DNA of 60,743 nucleotides, filler included, from Nemertoderma westbladi (lineage: Eukaryota > Animalia > Xenacoelomorpha), in NCBI GenBank assembly GCA_032718475.1. It is 3 parts of 3 records of this genome, joined end to end, with 100 filler letters (N's around TTAATTAATTAA, not from the genome) between each part and the next. Parts side by side here need not be neighbours in the genome. Positions count along the whole stretch, not along the records: positions 1 to 21,836 come from JAUCBJ010007141.1; positions 21,937 to 50,731 come from JAUCBJ010002222.1; 1 more part is not named here. The stretch is one strand, 5' to 3'. Below the pieces are notes generated by a model. That model saw nothing but the letters and a program-made list of their open reading frames with translations, was not told the DNA's origin and did no database searches. Made by a program: the position numbers and the translations under genes. Positions 12,175 to 24,513 of the stretch are shown here, one piece after another. Position 1 is the stretch's first letter, and each line of letters starts with the position of its first letter.

Positions 12175-12686
12175 GTCAGTCAGTGAGAAGTCAAAAATTG
12201 GACTTGAGTCCAAAATTGGACTTCGACTCCAGTTCAGGTCCAAAATTGGACTTCTGTGAGTCCAATATCGGTCTTCAAATCAGCCAATTGTTCCAGGGCC
12301 TTGGGTATTTGGATCGGGCGGTATTTTTTATTTAATCGAAAGTATATCAAAAAATAAGAGTTTTGAACAGGGGGACCTGAAATTCACCAGGGGGAACTTT
12401 TTTAATAAGGCTTTGAATTTTTACAAAAGTCCAATATTGGACTTGAAGTCCAATTTTGGACGTGACATTGAGAATCAAACTTAAACTGTTAAAGGTAGGC
12501 TACATGAAGCATGACAAATGAGAGACAGCAATTAAGTTATGGAAAGTTACCTTTGCTGCTCTGTATATATCTTCAGTGTACTGTACTTAGAATAGAATGG
12601 TACATTCTAGCATTCTAGGTACTTTGTACTTTACTTTTAGCAAAATTGAACTTGAAGTCCAATTTTTGACTTCTCACCGACTGACA
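12175..12686. mobile_element. MITE-like element with about 31-bp TIRs and internal AAGTCC/GGACTT palindromic motifs
   Basis: GTCAGTCAGTGAGAAGTCAAAAATTGGACTT vs AAGTCCAATTTTTGACTTCTCACCGACTGAC. TSD not resolved. Confidence 0.6.
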
Positions 12687-14289
12687 GTAAGAACAGTGGC
12701 CTAGCCTCCTGCCTGCCTGCTGACCTGCCTGCATGTGCCTTAGCCTGCTACGCAACCTGCTCACTGCCTGACTGTGGACTGCAGTTAAATATAATGTCTG
12801 GTGAGCCTACACAACTCAGCAATGTACCGGACCGCTACTGCTGTGCTCTCCAGCGCTAAGTGCTTAAGTACTGCTGTACGCTTACGATATAGATGTATAC
12901 AGGTATAGCAGGCTATGGGCTAGTCAGCTAGTTGTCAGGCTGTAGCCTGTCTGCCTGCAGCCTGTAGATACTGCCTTGCTACACTGTACTCTACTGCAGT
13001 AACGGTACTGGTCTCTAACATTATGATTATAGGCCCCTCCCTGCCCTACCTGCCTGCTGCCTACAGATGTGCCGGCCCGACTGCCCGGGAGAAACTTTCA
13101 ACTTTTGACTTTGAGACTATTTTGACTTTCGGCACCCGGAACCTGACACATACAGACGACATACGGCAGTACATCAGTACAGTATGCAGTAGTACGGTAC
13201 CGGCAGACCGGTAACCTGGTGCTGGCAGGCTGGCACATTCACAAAATGACACGTGAGTCATGAGTTTGGGATTAGACATGGGTAGCCTATGTCCAGGTAC
13301 CAGCTGTATTGATTTGATTGGGCAAATTATCCTGGGCAGCTGTGTTGTACAAGGCTTGTCAAGGCGTACTACTGTATATACTGATATAGTACGCCCCGAC
13401 AAAAAAGTAATTTACAACTTAGGTATTTTAACAGTATGTTAACACCTCGAATTTTAATTAAATGGTTTAAAAAAGAATCAACGATATTAGTTCCTGCGGA
13501 GGCTGCGATTTATTTTTTTTCAGATAATTTCTGCATGGCGTCATAATTTATGGACGACCATAAATTAAATTATGATTGTTGTTAAAAATAATTGTTATAT
13601 TTGTCCGGCAGCAAAATGCATAGATTTTGGTGAACAGTGATTTTTTATACCCATAAAATGTTTAATCGGTTTAGTACTCATTAGCCCTACTAAACAATAA
13701 TTATAATTATATTTCTCATAAATCGTGTTACCATGTCTACAGGGGTGTTTATCTACATCTGCCGTTTTAAACACACAATTGTTACAGGATTTTCCCCAAA
13801 CTTAACTAAACCAATGATTGTGAGTTTGATAAGGTCATTCTCAAATCACTGTTAACCTGGCAACCGTTGCTAGGGGCAGTATAATCTTCGGTTCACGCCG
13901 TAGCAAACACCAACTTAGTAATGCATTATACGATCTTAGTATCAACATATTCCCTCAGTATATCGCGTATTGAACTTGAATTAGGGTCACAGTTATTATG
14001 AAAACCGCGTTGCTAAGGGAACTACTGTAAGTCTATCATAGCAACCACCGACCTAAGCATTCTATGACTATATGATAATACTGTTTTGACATACACCCGC
14101 TGTATCGTATATTGTGTGTTAATTTAAAGTGTTTCCAGTCACAGTTACCATGACAACCGTTGCTAGATAAATAAATAGATATTCATTGACAGCACATTTG
14201 ATTTAGGTAATGTTACTGCAAGCTTAATATATTATTATTATGTGTCTAATTGTGTTTGCTATTTATTAAGTACAATAATATGTGATATT

Positions 14290-14742
14290 TCAAGGCCAGT
14301 GCCCTTTAAGGGGTCTCAAGAAAGTCATGGGCTGTCCACCATGCCTCGTTCCATTAGGCCGCCAAAGCACAAGATTATGCACTGGCTGGTCCTCACGGCG
14401 AAAGCAATTTCCTGTGAAGCGGAGGCGGTTCCGTTCAAGTGTCAAGCTAGGGGAGACGAATGGAACACCTCCAATGTTGTACTGTAGAGTCTGATTGGAG
14501 ATGTGTTCATTGTAGTTGACGCAATGAACCCGGCCTAGCATTCTTGTGAAAATGCCATCCAGAGATTTGGTATCCTCTGAAGTTATAGCCCAGCATGGAC
14601 TCCCATATGAGAGTAGTACTGGTACTACTGCTGCCATAAATAATCGAACCTTAAGGTTCCTTTGATTCTATGAGAATTCCAAATCATCACCATTTTAATG
14701 CTGCCCATATGCCTTCCACTTACGTATCCGAAGGTCTTCACC
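14290..14742 (-). mobile_element. Diverged RTE-clade LINE fragment (C-terminal part of the RT ORF)
   Basis: AAVVPVLLSYGSPCW...RNRLRFTGNCFRREDQPVHNLVLW, homologous to 15512-16222. Confidence 0.85.
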
Positions 14743-15065
14743 TTCGTAAAGTATTGTATTATTTATATGTTGGGTGCGATGTCTATATCTTGACTGGTCG
14801 GGGTAACAATCACTCAAAAAAGATCAGTATATTGATATCATAGTATATCATATAATGCTTATATCGCTGGTTGATAGGGGTCCTATGGAGTACTACTGTG
14901 ACTCGAAACCAATTTGAATAACCTCGATATACTGGGAGTAGAGTCACAGTAGTCCTATAATGCATAAATTATTGTTACTTATGGCGATTACTGCCCCTAA
15001 CAACGGTTGCCTTGGCAACATTGCTTCTGTCTGGACTGAGTAGGCCCTAAGAGGCTGAGTAGGCC

Positions 15066-16259
15066 TTGAAGAGTTATCAAAAAAGAAAGACAGGCATCTG
15101 GCTGTTATCTTTGTTGACTTCTTGTTGATTCAGTCTCTCGCTCACGTATGTTCAGCATACTTTCATTATATGGGATTCCTGATGAAATTATTGCAGCAAT
15201 CAGATCAGTATACGATGGTTCGACAACATTTGTGTCTACTGTTGACGGTGACACATAACCATTTGAAGTGTTATGGGGCGTCCTCCAGGGAGACACACTT
15301 GCACCATTCTTATTCATAATTGTTGTTGACTATGTTCTACGCGTGTCCTTAGATTATCATAATGATGATGGGGTGATGATAACTCCACCTACTGGCTCCA
15401 GAAGTCGAGGAAATCCTGCCAAGTACCTAACTGATCAAGATTTTGCTGATGACTTAGGAGTACTCTCAGAATCACTAGAGGGAGCCCAACGGCTCCTCAG
15501 CTCATTAGAACATGCTGCTTCTAGTGTTGGTCTTTTTATTAACTCGAGAAAGACCACAAATTTTGACAGTTAACTTTGAAAGTCCTCAGCAAGTCTCTGA
15601 TCGGATGAGCATAAGCTCAAAGGATGGTATGCTTGAGCATGTGGACGACTTCTGTTACCTGGGATCATGGATCCGGAAGTCAGGTGAGGACCTTCGAATA
15701 CGTAAGGGAAAGGCATGGGCAGCCTTGAATAGGCTTTCCAGGATTTGGAAGTCACCGAGAATTAATCGGAAACTTAAGGTCCGATTATTTAGAGCAGCAG
15801 TAGTTCCAGTACTCCTCTATGGGAGTCCATGCTGGGCTCTAACTGCTGAGGACACCAAATCTCTGGATGGCACATTCACAAGAATGCTACGCCGGGTCCA
15901 TTGTGTCAAGTACAATGCACACATCTCCAACCAGACACTATATAACATTGGAGGTGTCTCATTGGTTCCCCCAAGCTTGACACTAGAACAAAATCGCCTC
16001 CGCTTTGCAGGACATTGCTTTCGCCGTGAGGACCAGCCAGTGCATAATCTTGTACTTTGGCAGCCTCATGGAGTGAATAAGCATGGTGGACAGCCCATGA
16101 CTTTCTTGAGACGCATCTTAAAGGACACTGGCCTTAAAGATGCGGATGATCTAGCAAATGTCATGGGTGATAGGGAGTTGTGGTGGCGCAATTTTGTTGA
16201 CAAGCCGGCACAGCATTCTTAAAAATGCAGCTGCAATGCAGCATGCCGATCCTAGTAGT
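15066..16259 (+). mobile_element. 5'-truncated RTE-clade LINE (family A), frameshifted RT
   Basis: GVLQGDTLAP, DFADD, FCYLGS, RLRFAGHCFR. Short 3' UTR with a TAGTAG tail. Close copy of 35652-37102. Confidence 0.9.
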
Positions 16260-17639
16260 CTCTCTCTCTGCCCTTGATTCTAAACTTCCATAGCATCTTA
16301 ATATTAATTTTTGCTCCTTCCCATAGTTGTGCTTTACTTATTTATAATATTATAATAATTGTAATATAATTTGAAGGCTCGTCGGCTAATTTTATTGAAT
16401 TTTTTGGAGTCGACATCGAGATAAGTAGCGGTGTGTCTGTCGTCTTCTTGTGTGGCCACACAAAGCCCTGACGAATGGCGTGTTCCCACGAGTATGAACT
16501 ATCGAATGGTCAATATTACGAATTCGTGTTACCATAGCAACGGCAGTTGTTATTGGTGTCATTGAAAAAACGAATACACCTCGGGTCATGGAACAGCACT
16601 TACCCCCCTCTATATCGATTATGGGATTTCGAATGGTATGTTTTTTTAATTTTTGTTACCATAGCAACGAGGTGATACTGTAATTATTAATATATTTTTC
16701 AAGTACTGTACGAACATACTGTATGTATCCTTACAAAAACATGAAACCAGCCCATATTGCGGTTTCACAGCTGTAATTAGTATTATAACGAAATTCGAAC
16801 AATAAAACTTTTATCTCAAGAAACTGAACATCGAAGGAGACAAGTGGTAACGGTAAGTTATATTTTATTTTAAACTCACACATTACTTAAATAGCTACTG
16901 TAATATAAAGTTACTTTAAGTAAATACATTCAAATAATCGTGCCATTGGATAGTTTCCCACTACGCTAACCAATGAATGGCCTGTCCAAATCTCGCCCTA
17001 CAATAGCATTAACAATAGCAATAACACAGATGAAAATATCCAATATTTTCTTTGTATTTTCCCTTAAAAAATAAGAGAAATAAGAGAAATATTATGAACT
17101 GTTTAATAAAAAAACTAGGCGAAGTTTATCGAAACTTATGAAATATATAAAGCGAAAATTAAAAAGAAAATGGTTAATAAATGGAAATGGTTAAGAAGGT
17201 GCAGGGGCCCAGTGTTTTTTGTATAAATACAGTACATTTTCATTTCGAGATAGTTTGGTATCAAAGTTCAAACCTTACCACGCACACCTGCCTGTATGTG
17301 GTCTGGTTGTTTAATCTGACATGGACGGAGCACAACACAGAGCTAAAATTTCTTTAGATGGTTTTCGAGGAAGGAGATTTCATTTCTGAGGTCAGTTTAA
17401 TATTTGGATGAATCTAGTACTGTACTGTATGTCCATCTGTTGGTGTCTTTTATTTTAACGGAAAGGCAGCGCGGCAGACATGGAGATAACGATAGAGCTG
17501 TCTCCATGTTATATGAACTAAGATATCTCGCTAAGCAGTATTCAAATTTGAGATCCTCAATAAATTGCTCTAGATGAAATAAAAAAAATACAGTAATGTG
17601 AAATTTTGACGCGAAGGGGGGGGGGGGGGTGGGTGCAAT

Positions 17640-17830
17640 CTAAGCCCGCAGGAAATCTTCGCCCGTGTCCAATCTTCGCCCGATTGGGGGAAATGAGCAG
17701 GTTACAGAGAGAGACTGCTTTTTTTTAAACAAAAACAATAAACGATGTACTGTAGTTAACACGCATTTTGAGGGCGCAGATTGCTCCGGGCGAAGGTTAG
17801 ATGCGGGCGAAGCTTTCTTGCGGGGGAAGT
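17640..17830. repeat. Inverted-repeat, MITE-like remnant
   Basis: CCCGCAGGAAATCTTCGCCCG ... CGGGCGAAGCTTTCTTGCGGG. Confidence 0.4.
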
Positions 17831-18756
17831 TTGCTGCGTACCGGTGGAGGGGTTTTTATAATAATTTTATAATATTTAATAGAGCAAGTTCCAGTATTAA
17901 GTTCCAGTAGCCATTTATAACATTATAATATTATATTATAGTACTGTATAGTATACTGTAGTACTATAATATAATGTTTGGATTAATTTTGGCCAATTTT
18001 CGTAAATTTTGGAACAAAGTTTATAAATAGTTATATGTTTTATATCTATGTAATACAAGTACAGTTGGCCTACCTATTTATTTACTTGCTTGCGACTATA
18101 ATGATGACTGCCTAATTGAATTTGAACTAACTATACAAAATCCTTTGCAAGTAACCGTCAAATCCATACAAAATCCTATGCAAATAATAATACTGTAAGT
18201 ATATAATTCGCACATAGAAAATTATTTAAATCACAGAGACTTTTCGAGTGTTTCTTTGTAAATGGTTACCGGTATTGGATTTACGCAAATTTTGTAAGTT
18301 CTGTGAATAGGGTAGGCCTATGTACTTCGATATGTACGATAATACTATTATATTGCGGGAACTACCAGAAAATGCACAAAGAGGAACATAGGAACATACA
18401 TAGGAAGAGTGCATGGTGTTTGTTTATCTTGCACTCGTCACATACTAGCGCTACTACGTGCGAGGAAAGATTCAATTGCGTGCAAGCGAAACGATGTTTG
18501 TCTATGAGGGAGGATGTTATATTATATGGCATTTATTGTCAATGTTGGGTTGATTGATACGTTGGTGCGTTACTAGGCGAGATTTTTCCGATTTCATAAC
18601 TATGGTTCTAATACTGTCTAAATCGTCGGCTACAATATTGGTTAAAGTAGAAAGTAAATTTTCTTCGGCCGCTAGGCCAGGGATTACGCACAAAGTCTGA
18701 CGACTTATTTCCAGTGCGGTCCCCCCAGAACTTTACTCCCCAGAGGAAACTCCACT

Positions 18757-18912
18757 ACTCATTTAGCTACCACTTAAGGATGCAAGGCAGAGCTGCGCCC
18801 TGGCTGGTCCCTTTAAAGCATTCGTGCCGAAACGAAAATTGCCCTGGCCCATGTGAGGATCGAACCCACGACCTACGGGAGATGTGAATTCTATGCAACC
18901 ACTACACCAAGG
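18757..18912 (-). mobile_element. SINE family B variant (same tRNA head and core, different 3' part)
   Basis: TACTCATTTAGCTACCA.TTAAGGATGCAAGGCAGAG...AACCACTACACCAAGG is shared with 9508-9722; B box GGGTTCGATCC on the minus strand. Confidence 0.7.
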
Positions 18913-19276
18913 TGGAACCTTGGTGTTGGACGAACGCACGCGTAAATCTCGTCGTAATTTTTACTGTACTTCCTTTAGTTATAGTTAGTGCCCTCCTTAG
19001 AGGGCAGACTCTGGAATACATTATGTCTGTATGTCGGCCGAGCCACTAAGTGAGCGAAGCCTAAGCAGGGCATAGGGGTACCATTAACAGTAATGCATTT
19101 ATACAGTGCTACAGTACCTACAGTTTAGGTCCTATGATAAGACTGTATATGACTGTATGATAAGATAAGATTAAATAACATAAATTAAGTATTTTTCTGA
19201 TTGGTTGGAAAAATAAATAAACTAAATTAATGAGGTTTCTGATTGGTTTAATAAAAGAAAGCAAAATTATACAGTC

Positions 19277-20485
19277 TGTTCGCGCTTTCAGACCTTTGGC
19301 AGTTTAACCCACCAAATTAAGATGTCTTCTAGATATTAAATCGGTTTTTAGTCTATGACAAGTATTTGATTCACTACACTAGTCGAAACCAATCTGTGCG
19401 CGATCATTCACCCGCTGGATATTCCCGGGAGATTGGGTTCGACGGTTTAATTTTATTGCTATGTAAGCCTAATGTATTATTCGACTGACAGTATTATATA
19501 ATCTCTGACAATATTATTCACCTTCGGGAATATTAACAGTTCCTTTAGGACGTGGCGCTTTATCTATATAAACAGAGTTATGACTTAAACTACTCACAAC
19601 GATATGGCTCAATTATAATTCACATATATGGCGCATTCTTTAGGAATTGCTTCTTTAACAGACTCGCTCATACACAATGCTGCACAATACTGCACACTAA
19701 TCTGCCAATCTTCACTGATTTTAGTCACATATAAAAGGAACACAGACTGACTCATGTAGGGTCTATCAAATAACATTAGATTCACTTCAAACCACTTTAA
19801 CATAAGTCACAATCGTTATTGGTAACCTTTCTCTCTTACCTTCGGTATATCAAGAATATTGGGTTTCGGGGTTATTTATCGTTATTCCAAATATAATAAT
19901 TCATCAACCATATTATGAAGAACTGACAGTAAATAGCAGTATAAAACAACAATGAAAACACTGATTGTTATGAGTTTGCAATGTTTCAGCAGTCAGTATG
20001 TGTGATCAGTTAGCAGTAGTCGTTAGGTGCGTTAAAGGATATATGTCCTTATAATTAAACCTACTAGTGTAAAACTAAAAACTGAAAACACGGAGGTGCC
20101 AAAAGCCGGTTCTTAGGCTCTGGGCAAAAACATAACACTGAACTACTGAGTTTCTGTATATACCTCCAACACAGAGACAACAAACGCTCTGATTGGTCAA
20201 CCTGAACAACGAGAGAACAAAGAAACAAAGAAACGTCGACGTGGCAATATCAGCTGCTAGCCGTCGTCATGGTAGCGACACTGTTTTCAAAAGTATCCAG
20301 CTATTGCGTCACGAGATTGTGGATTATGTCCTCTAAAGTACAAATACAGTACAAATACATAAGAAATGACTTTTATGTCCTCTAAAACACCAGTACAGCA
20401 AGGACACGGCCCTTTTATGCCTGGCAAACCAACTACAGAGTACTTTAAGGGAAAATAACCGGCTAATTACGCAAAAGCTTTTACA
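19277..20485 (-). mobile_element. 3' LTR of LTR-retrotransposon family 2 (about 1.2 kb, TG...CA)
   Basis: Element sense starts TGTAAAAG after a PPT-like TGGGAGCGG (compare TAGGAGCGG in the BEL element) and ends ...GCGAACA. That end is shared with 1-407 and 50832-50885. The 20485 boundary is inferred from the PPT only. Confidence 0.65.
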
Positions 20486-20511
20486 CCGCTCCCAGAAAAT
20501 GGGATTTAAGT

Positions 20512-21836
20512 CTATAAAATATAACAAATCACAGTTTCTAAAATATAAAGATACTCTAAACAGTTAGCCTTTCTTACGCAGACGGCGTTTACGCAGTTTT
20601 TTGAGGCTAGCAAGAGTCTTTTTCTCTTTGGGGGGAGCCACTTTACTAGGAGGGCCATAACTCCTGGGTGAAGGGTGCAATATGATTGCATCAGAAGGTG
20701 TAGGATTGTGGTCGAGGTATCTGCCGTTTCGATATGCTTCTCCTCGAGCTGATTTTCCTCCGCTCGTAGCTGGATACGTTCATCCAAAAACTCTCGCAGA
20801 GAATAGGATCGTCCAAGTTCGATAACTTCTTAGAGATTCTGGATTTCCCAATCGAACTGAGAGAAGGCCAATTTGTTTATCGATTGGACTTACTGTTGTA
20901 ACTTACGTTTATCTGAACAAACGCAGGTTTCTTTTTGATCTTTATAGAATAGCGTTTATCTCGTTTCGTACAACGCTCTCCTTCACCTTGATGAAGGGTT
21001 GTATCGCGTTAAACGGGACGACCATACGGTTGGATAGTGATATTAGGTGTCTGCGTCATAATCCAGCTAGGTAAGATGGGCGGCTAGCTAGAAATCACTG
21101 TCGGAGTGTTACCGATTAATTGTTAGGGTAGCACTAGATCTTGAACAGTGAATACTGTCCGCGAGGATCCGCGACACCACCAGGATCGCAGGTCTGAGGT
21201 CCAACTAAGGAATGAGGAGGTTTGACCGAGTATTCCGGGACTCTGATCGTAGGTTTACTCTAGGATCGTTAGAGCCGAGTGAGCATAGGTGATACGTCAA
21301 ACAAGTTTCGCTCGAAACTCCAGTAAATATAACGAACACAACTGTGTTTAACACAACGTTTCCGTGGATGTTTATGTCTTTCCGTTTATTGGCTGGGTCT
21401 AGGGCATTTACCGTAATAATACCCAAAAACGTACGTCTTGTAGGGGAAACGCGAGTGATTTTTCTCCAGCTTACAATATTCCTCCATCCGTTCGAAGCTA
21501 TTCGGTACAACAGGTAGCGGTCGATCGGCGGTAAGATACATCATAGGGGAATCGAGCCGTTTGAGTTCTACCATGCGGTCATGATGTATACCTTGAGGAT
21601 ATCGAGTTTCTAGATTTTGTTGACTGGCAATATTGAGATATGTTTCTATCAGGAATTCCAGATAATCGTTGAAGTCGCTGCGTTTATCCGGCTCCTCAAC
21701 GTCTTCTCTTTCGAGTCTGTTTCGAATAGAATTCTCGTGTTCCATTCTTGGTTTATCGTTCCGCCTCCGCTGGGTAGGATATTTCAATCGTACCATTTCC
21801 CTTTTGGTGTCGACATTGTCCGTATCGTGTAAATCG
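20512..21836 (-). pseudogene. Degraded, unidentified ORF(s) in the 3' internal region of LTR family 2
   Basis: Protein-like frames (21386-21835; about 20512-20940 with in-frame stops) directly upstream of the PPT and LTR. No recognisable motif. Cut by the gap. Confidence 0.35.
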
Positions 21837-21936
21837 NNNNNNNNNNNNNNNNNNNNNNNNNNNNNNNNNNNNNNNNNNNNTTAATTAATTAANNNNNNNN
21901 NNNNNNNNNNNNNNNNNNNNNNNNNNNNNNNNNNNN
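21837..21936. other. Assembly gap with artificial TTAATTAATTAA linker
   Basis: N44-TTAATTAATTAA-N44. Confidence 0.97.
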
Positions 21937-22260
21937 CTTTTTGAGCAGGTCGGATTTTTAAATAAATTCTATAAATTTTGAGGCATTTACTGTATATGTA
22001 AATTAGCTCATGTTTAAGGATCTGTAATACCACCTGCATTGAAGTTCTTGCTCCAGACTTTGGTAAAATGGACCTAGATAGGTAGGTACTGTAAATCTTC
22101 TTTGACAATTTTAGCACAAAATTATTGTTTTTGAAAAATTTATGGGGGTTTTAGTAAGTGCGGGCTCTATTTTGGGAATCAAATATTTTGTGATAGACAA
22201 AGTATAGCAGTGTAGCATGTAATATTTCTGATCTAGATTAGGACTTGATGAGAAAGTAAT

Positions 22261-23022
22261 TATAAGAATGGCCACCTGGGTTTGATCCGCAGGAAACACA
22301 AACTCGGGGGAGAGACGAAAGACTCTCTCTTTAAATCGGGATTTGGCTAACCCAAAATGGAAGGTTCCGTTAAACTCACGGGTTCTGGCTGTCTGATTTG
22401 GAACTTACCTCTTACCTGAAGAAAAAATGTCTGTATCTACTAATTCCGAAAGTATGGTCGGTAACTGTTCAGACACAAGAGCTGAGGATACAAATAAACA
22501 ACATAAAAAGGTGTCTGGCTTCCGCTAACTCGTAGAGAGAACGGGGACAGAGCAAAAATGCACCTCAAAACCGAGACTGTAACCAGGTAACCGAGCACTT
22601 CAATAAACGCTCCGCCAACGTCGTCACGTTATTGGCTAATTGGCGGAAGGGGAAAAACGTAAATAACAAACCAAAGATCAATGATAAGCTAGGCTTTATT
22701 CACTATTCAGTCAGTCAGTTATTATCAGATTATCAACGATAGACTGCAATTTACAGAGTGCTTTAACGAAGGCCAAGCCTTGCACTGCAATTTACCCGTG
22801 AACACGTTAACAAAGGACTAGTTCCTCCCGACATCAATAACAACAATATTCCAAAATACTGAAACACCGGTAGTGTACTACCTACCACAGTATTGCTGTA
22901 CTGAACAAACAAAGTCAGATAGTGCTTTAACGAAGGCCAAGCCTTACACTGCAATACCGGTATCGGACATTTTGTCATCTAAGATACAGTAGAAAGTGGA
23001 CGAATAGGCAGATATTTTCATA
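22261..23022 (-). repeat. 3' LTR (762 bp)
   Basis: Differs from the 5' LTR by 4 substitutions and 1 indel (read by eye). Confidence 0.95.
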
Positions 23023-23037
23023 CCGCTCCTATTTATT
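23023..23037 (-). other. Polypurine tract
   Basis: AATAAATAGGAGCGG directly precedes the 3' LTR in element sense. Confidence 0.75.
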
Positions 23038-24513
23038 GCGACCAAAAAGAGCAATAAATACATAACAAAAATACAGGCTGGCCGTTGTAACAAATCATAT
23101 CTAGCACATATGTCGGGACGATAAAAGAAAAATAGAATTGTTTAACATATATACAACACACATGGTCAAGTGGCACATATAAAAACACAAAAATTAACCA
23201 TTAATTACCAATATTACAAACAGCACAAGAAGGTTGCTATATTTGGGTCCACTTCAGATTATAAAAATAAAGAACGTAAATTTTTTGATTCAAAGAGATA
23301 CACAAAATATAACCATCAATAAAAGTTACATAAATTTATGAAATCCACAAGTACTTGTTAAGCATTTTCAAAACGTAATAACAATGTAATTCTCAACTAA
23401 TAACAAGAAAATACGAGATTACTGAAAGAAGATAGATCAGGATCAGGGACTTTGGTTCAGCTTCATCTGAACGCTTCACCCAAAGAATCACTGAGGTCTC
23501 CACATTGACATTGAACGATAAGTTACTCTGCCGAGTATATAGAACTTCATTAACATCCCAAAAATCATCAACTGCGACCCAAGATGACGCAAACTGATCA
23601 AGGAAATGAAAGAGTTGAATCTGTCGTGTTCTTTCAAAGAGCAGATATTCCAATTTATGAACGACCTCCTAGTCAGAAGGGCAGTTCATTGATGTAACCA
23701 ACAGGGCCGGCGTGAGGGTCTGCGGGGTCTCTAAACTGGTACCGGTACACGAGAAAGGTGAGAGAATTCCCTATGGCGACTGAGATATAGACATAGAGGT
23801 GAGTAGTCGATCATCGAAGTTGATTATCAATGTGACAAATTAACAACCCGGCAGCAAATAGATCAAATGGGCGTGTAAATACATAATCTTGGTTCATCAA
23901 TGATTGTTTCCGCGAGTTAATTCTCTCGGGTTCTACAGTTCGACATAGATCCATAGTGAAGCTAATTTCCACATATTAAGGACTCAACCCAGAAAACAAT
24001 ATATTGGTATTGACCCATATGTGGCGTCATAATTATCCAGACTCAGATATAATGGTACCCGAAAATTTGCATGATGGCTTCATGATGGCATGAAGCAATT
24101 GGAATCTTGTCGGTGTCGGTAAAATCAGTAAGTCAGTTAGTCAGTCGTCAAACCAAACTATTTAATTGACCCAAAATCAATTAGCCAGAATCCATGTGTT
24201 GAACCTTAACTACTGTGACAAAGGGCATATATACATGGTTAACGATAACAAACATACACACAACCTTTCCATATATACAATTTTTAGGCGGATTAGTACT
24301 TGGATGATCAGGAGCTAATAATCCCACAAGGTTGAACAACAAATGTGCCATTCCTTTCTGCAGGTTAATAAGTACTGGTACATATCCAAATCCATATCAT
24401 ACTGTAGATATATAACTAACTAAGTAAGATAAGTTCCTAAGTTCTAATCACACAAAGTGTTTCTACAAATTTTCTGATATCATGTATAAATAAAATATCA
24501 GCTCGACTTTAAA

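Noticed and set aside
21881-21892. TTAATTAATTAA between N runs (also 50776-50787)
   Set aside because: Artificial all-frame-stop scaffold linker. Adjacency across these gaps is unverified.
22763-22978. 71-aa ORF duplicated at 34724-34939
   Set aside because: Lies within the LTRs and starts in the predicted U3; identity reflects LTR duplication.
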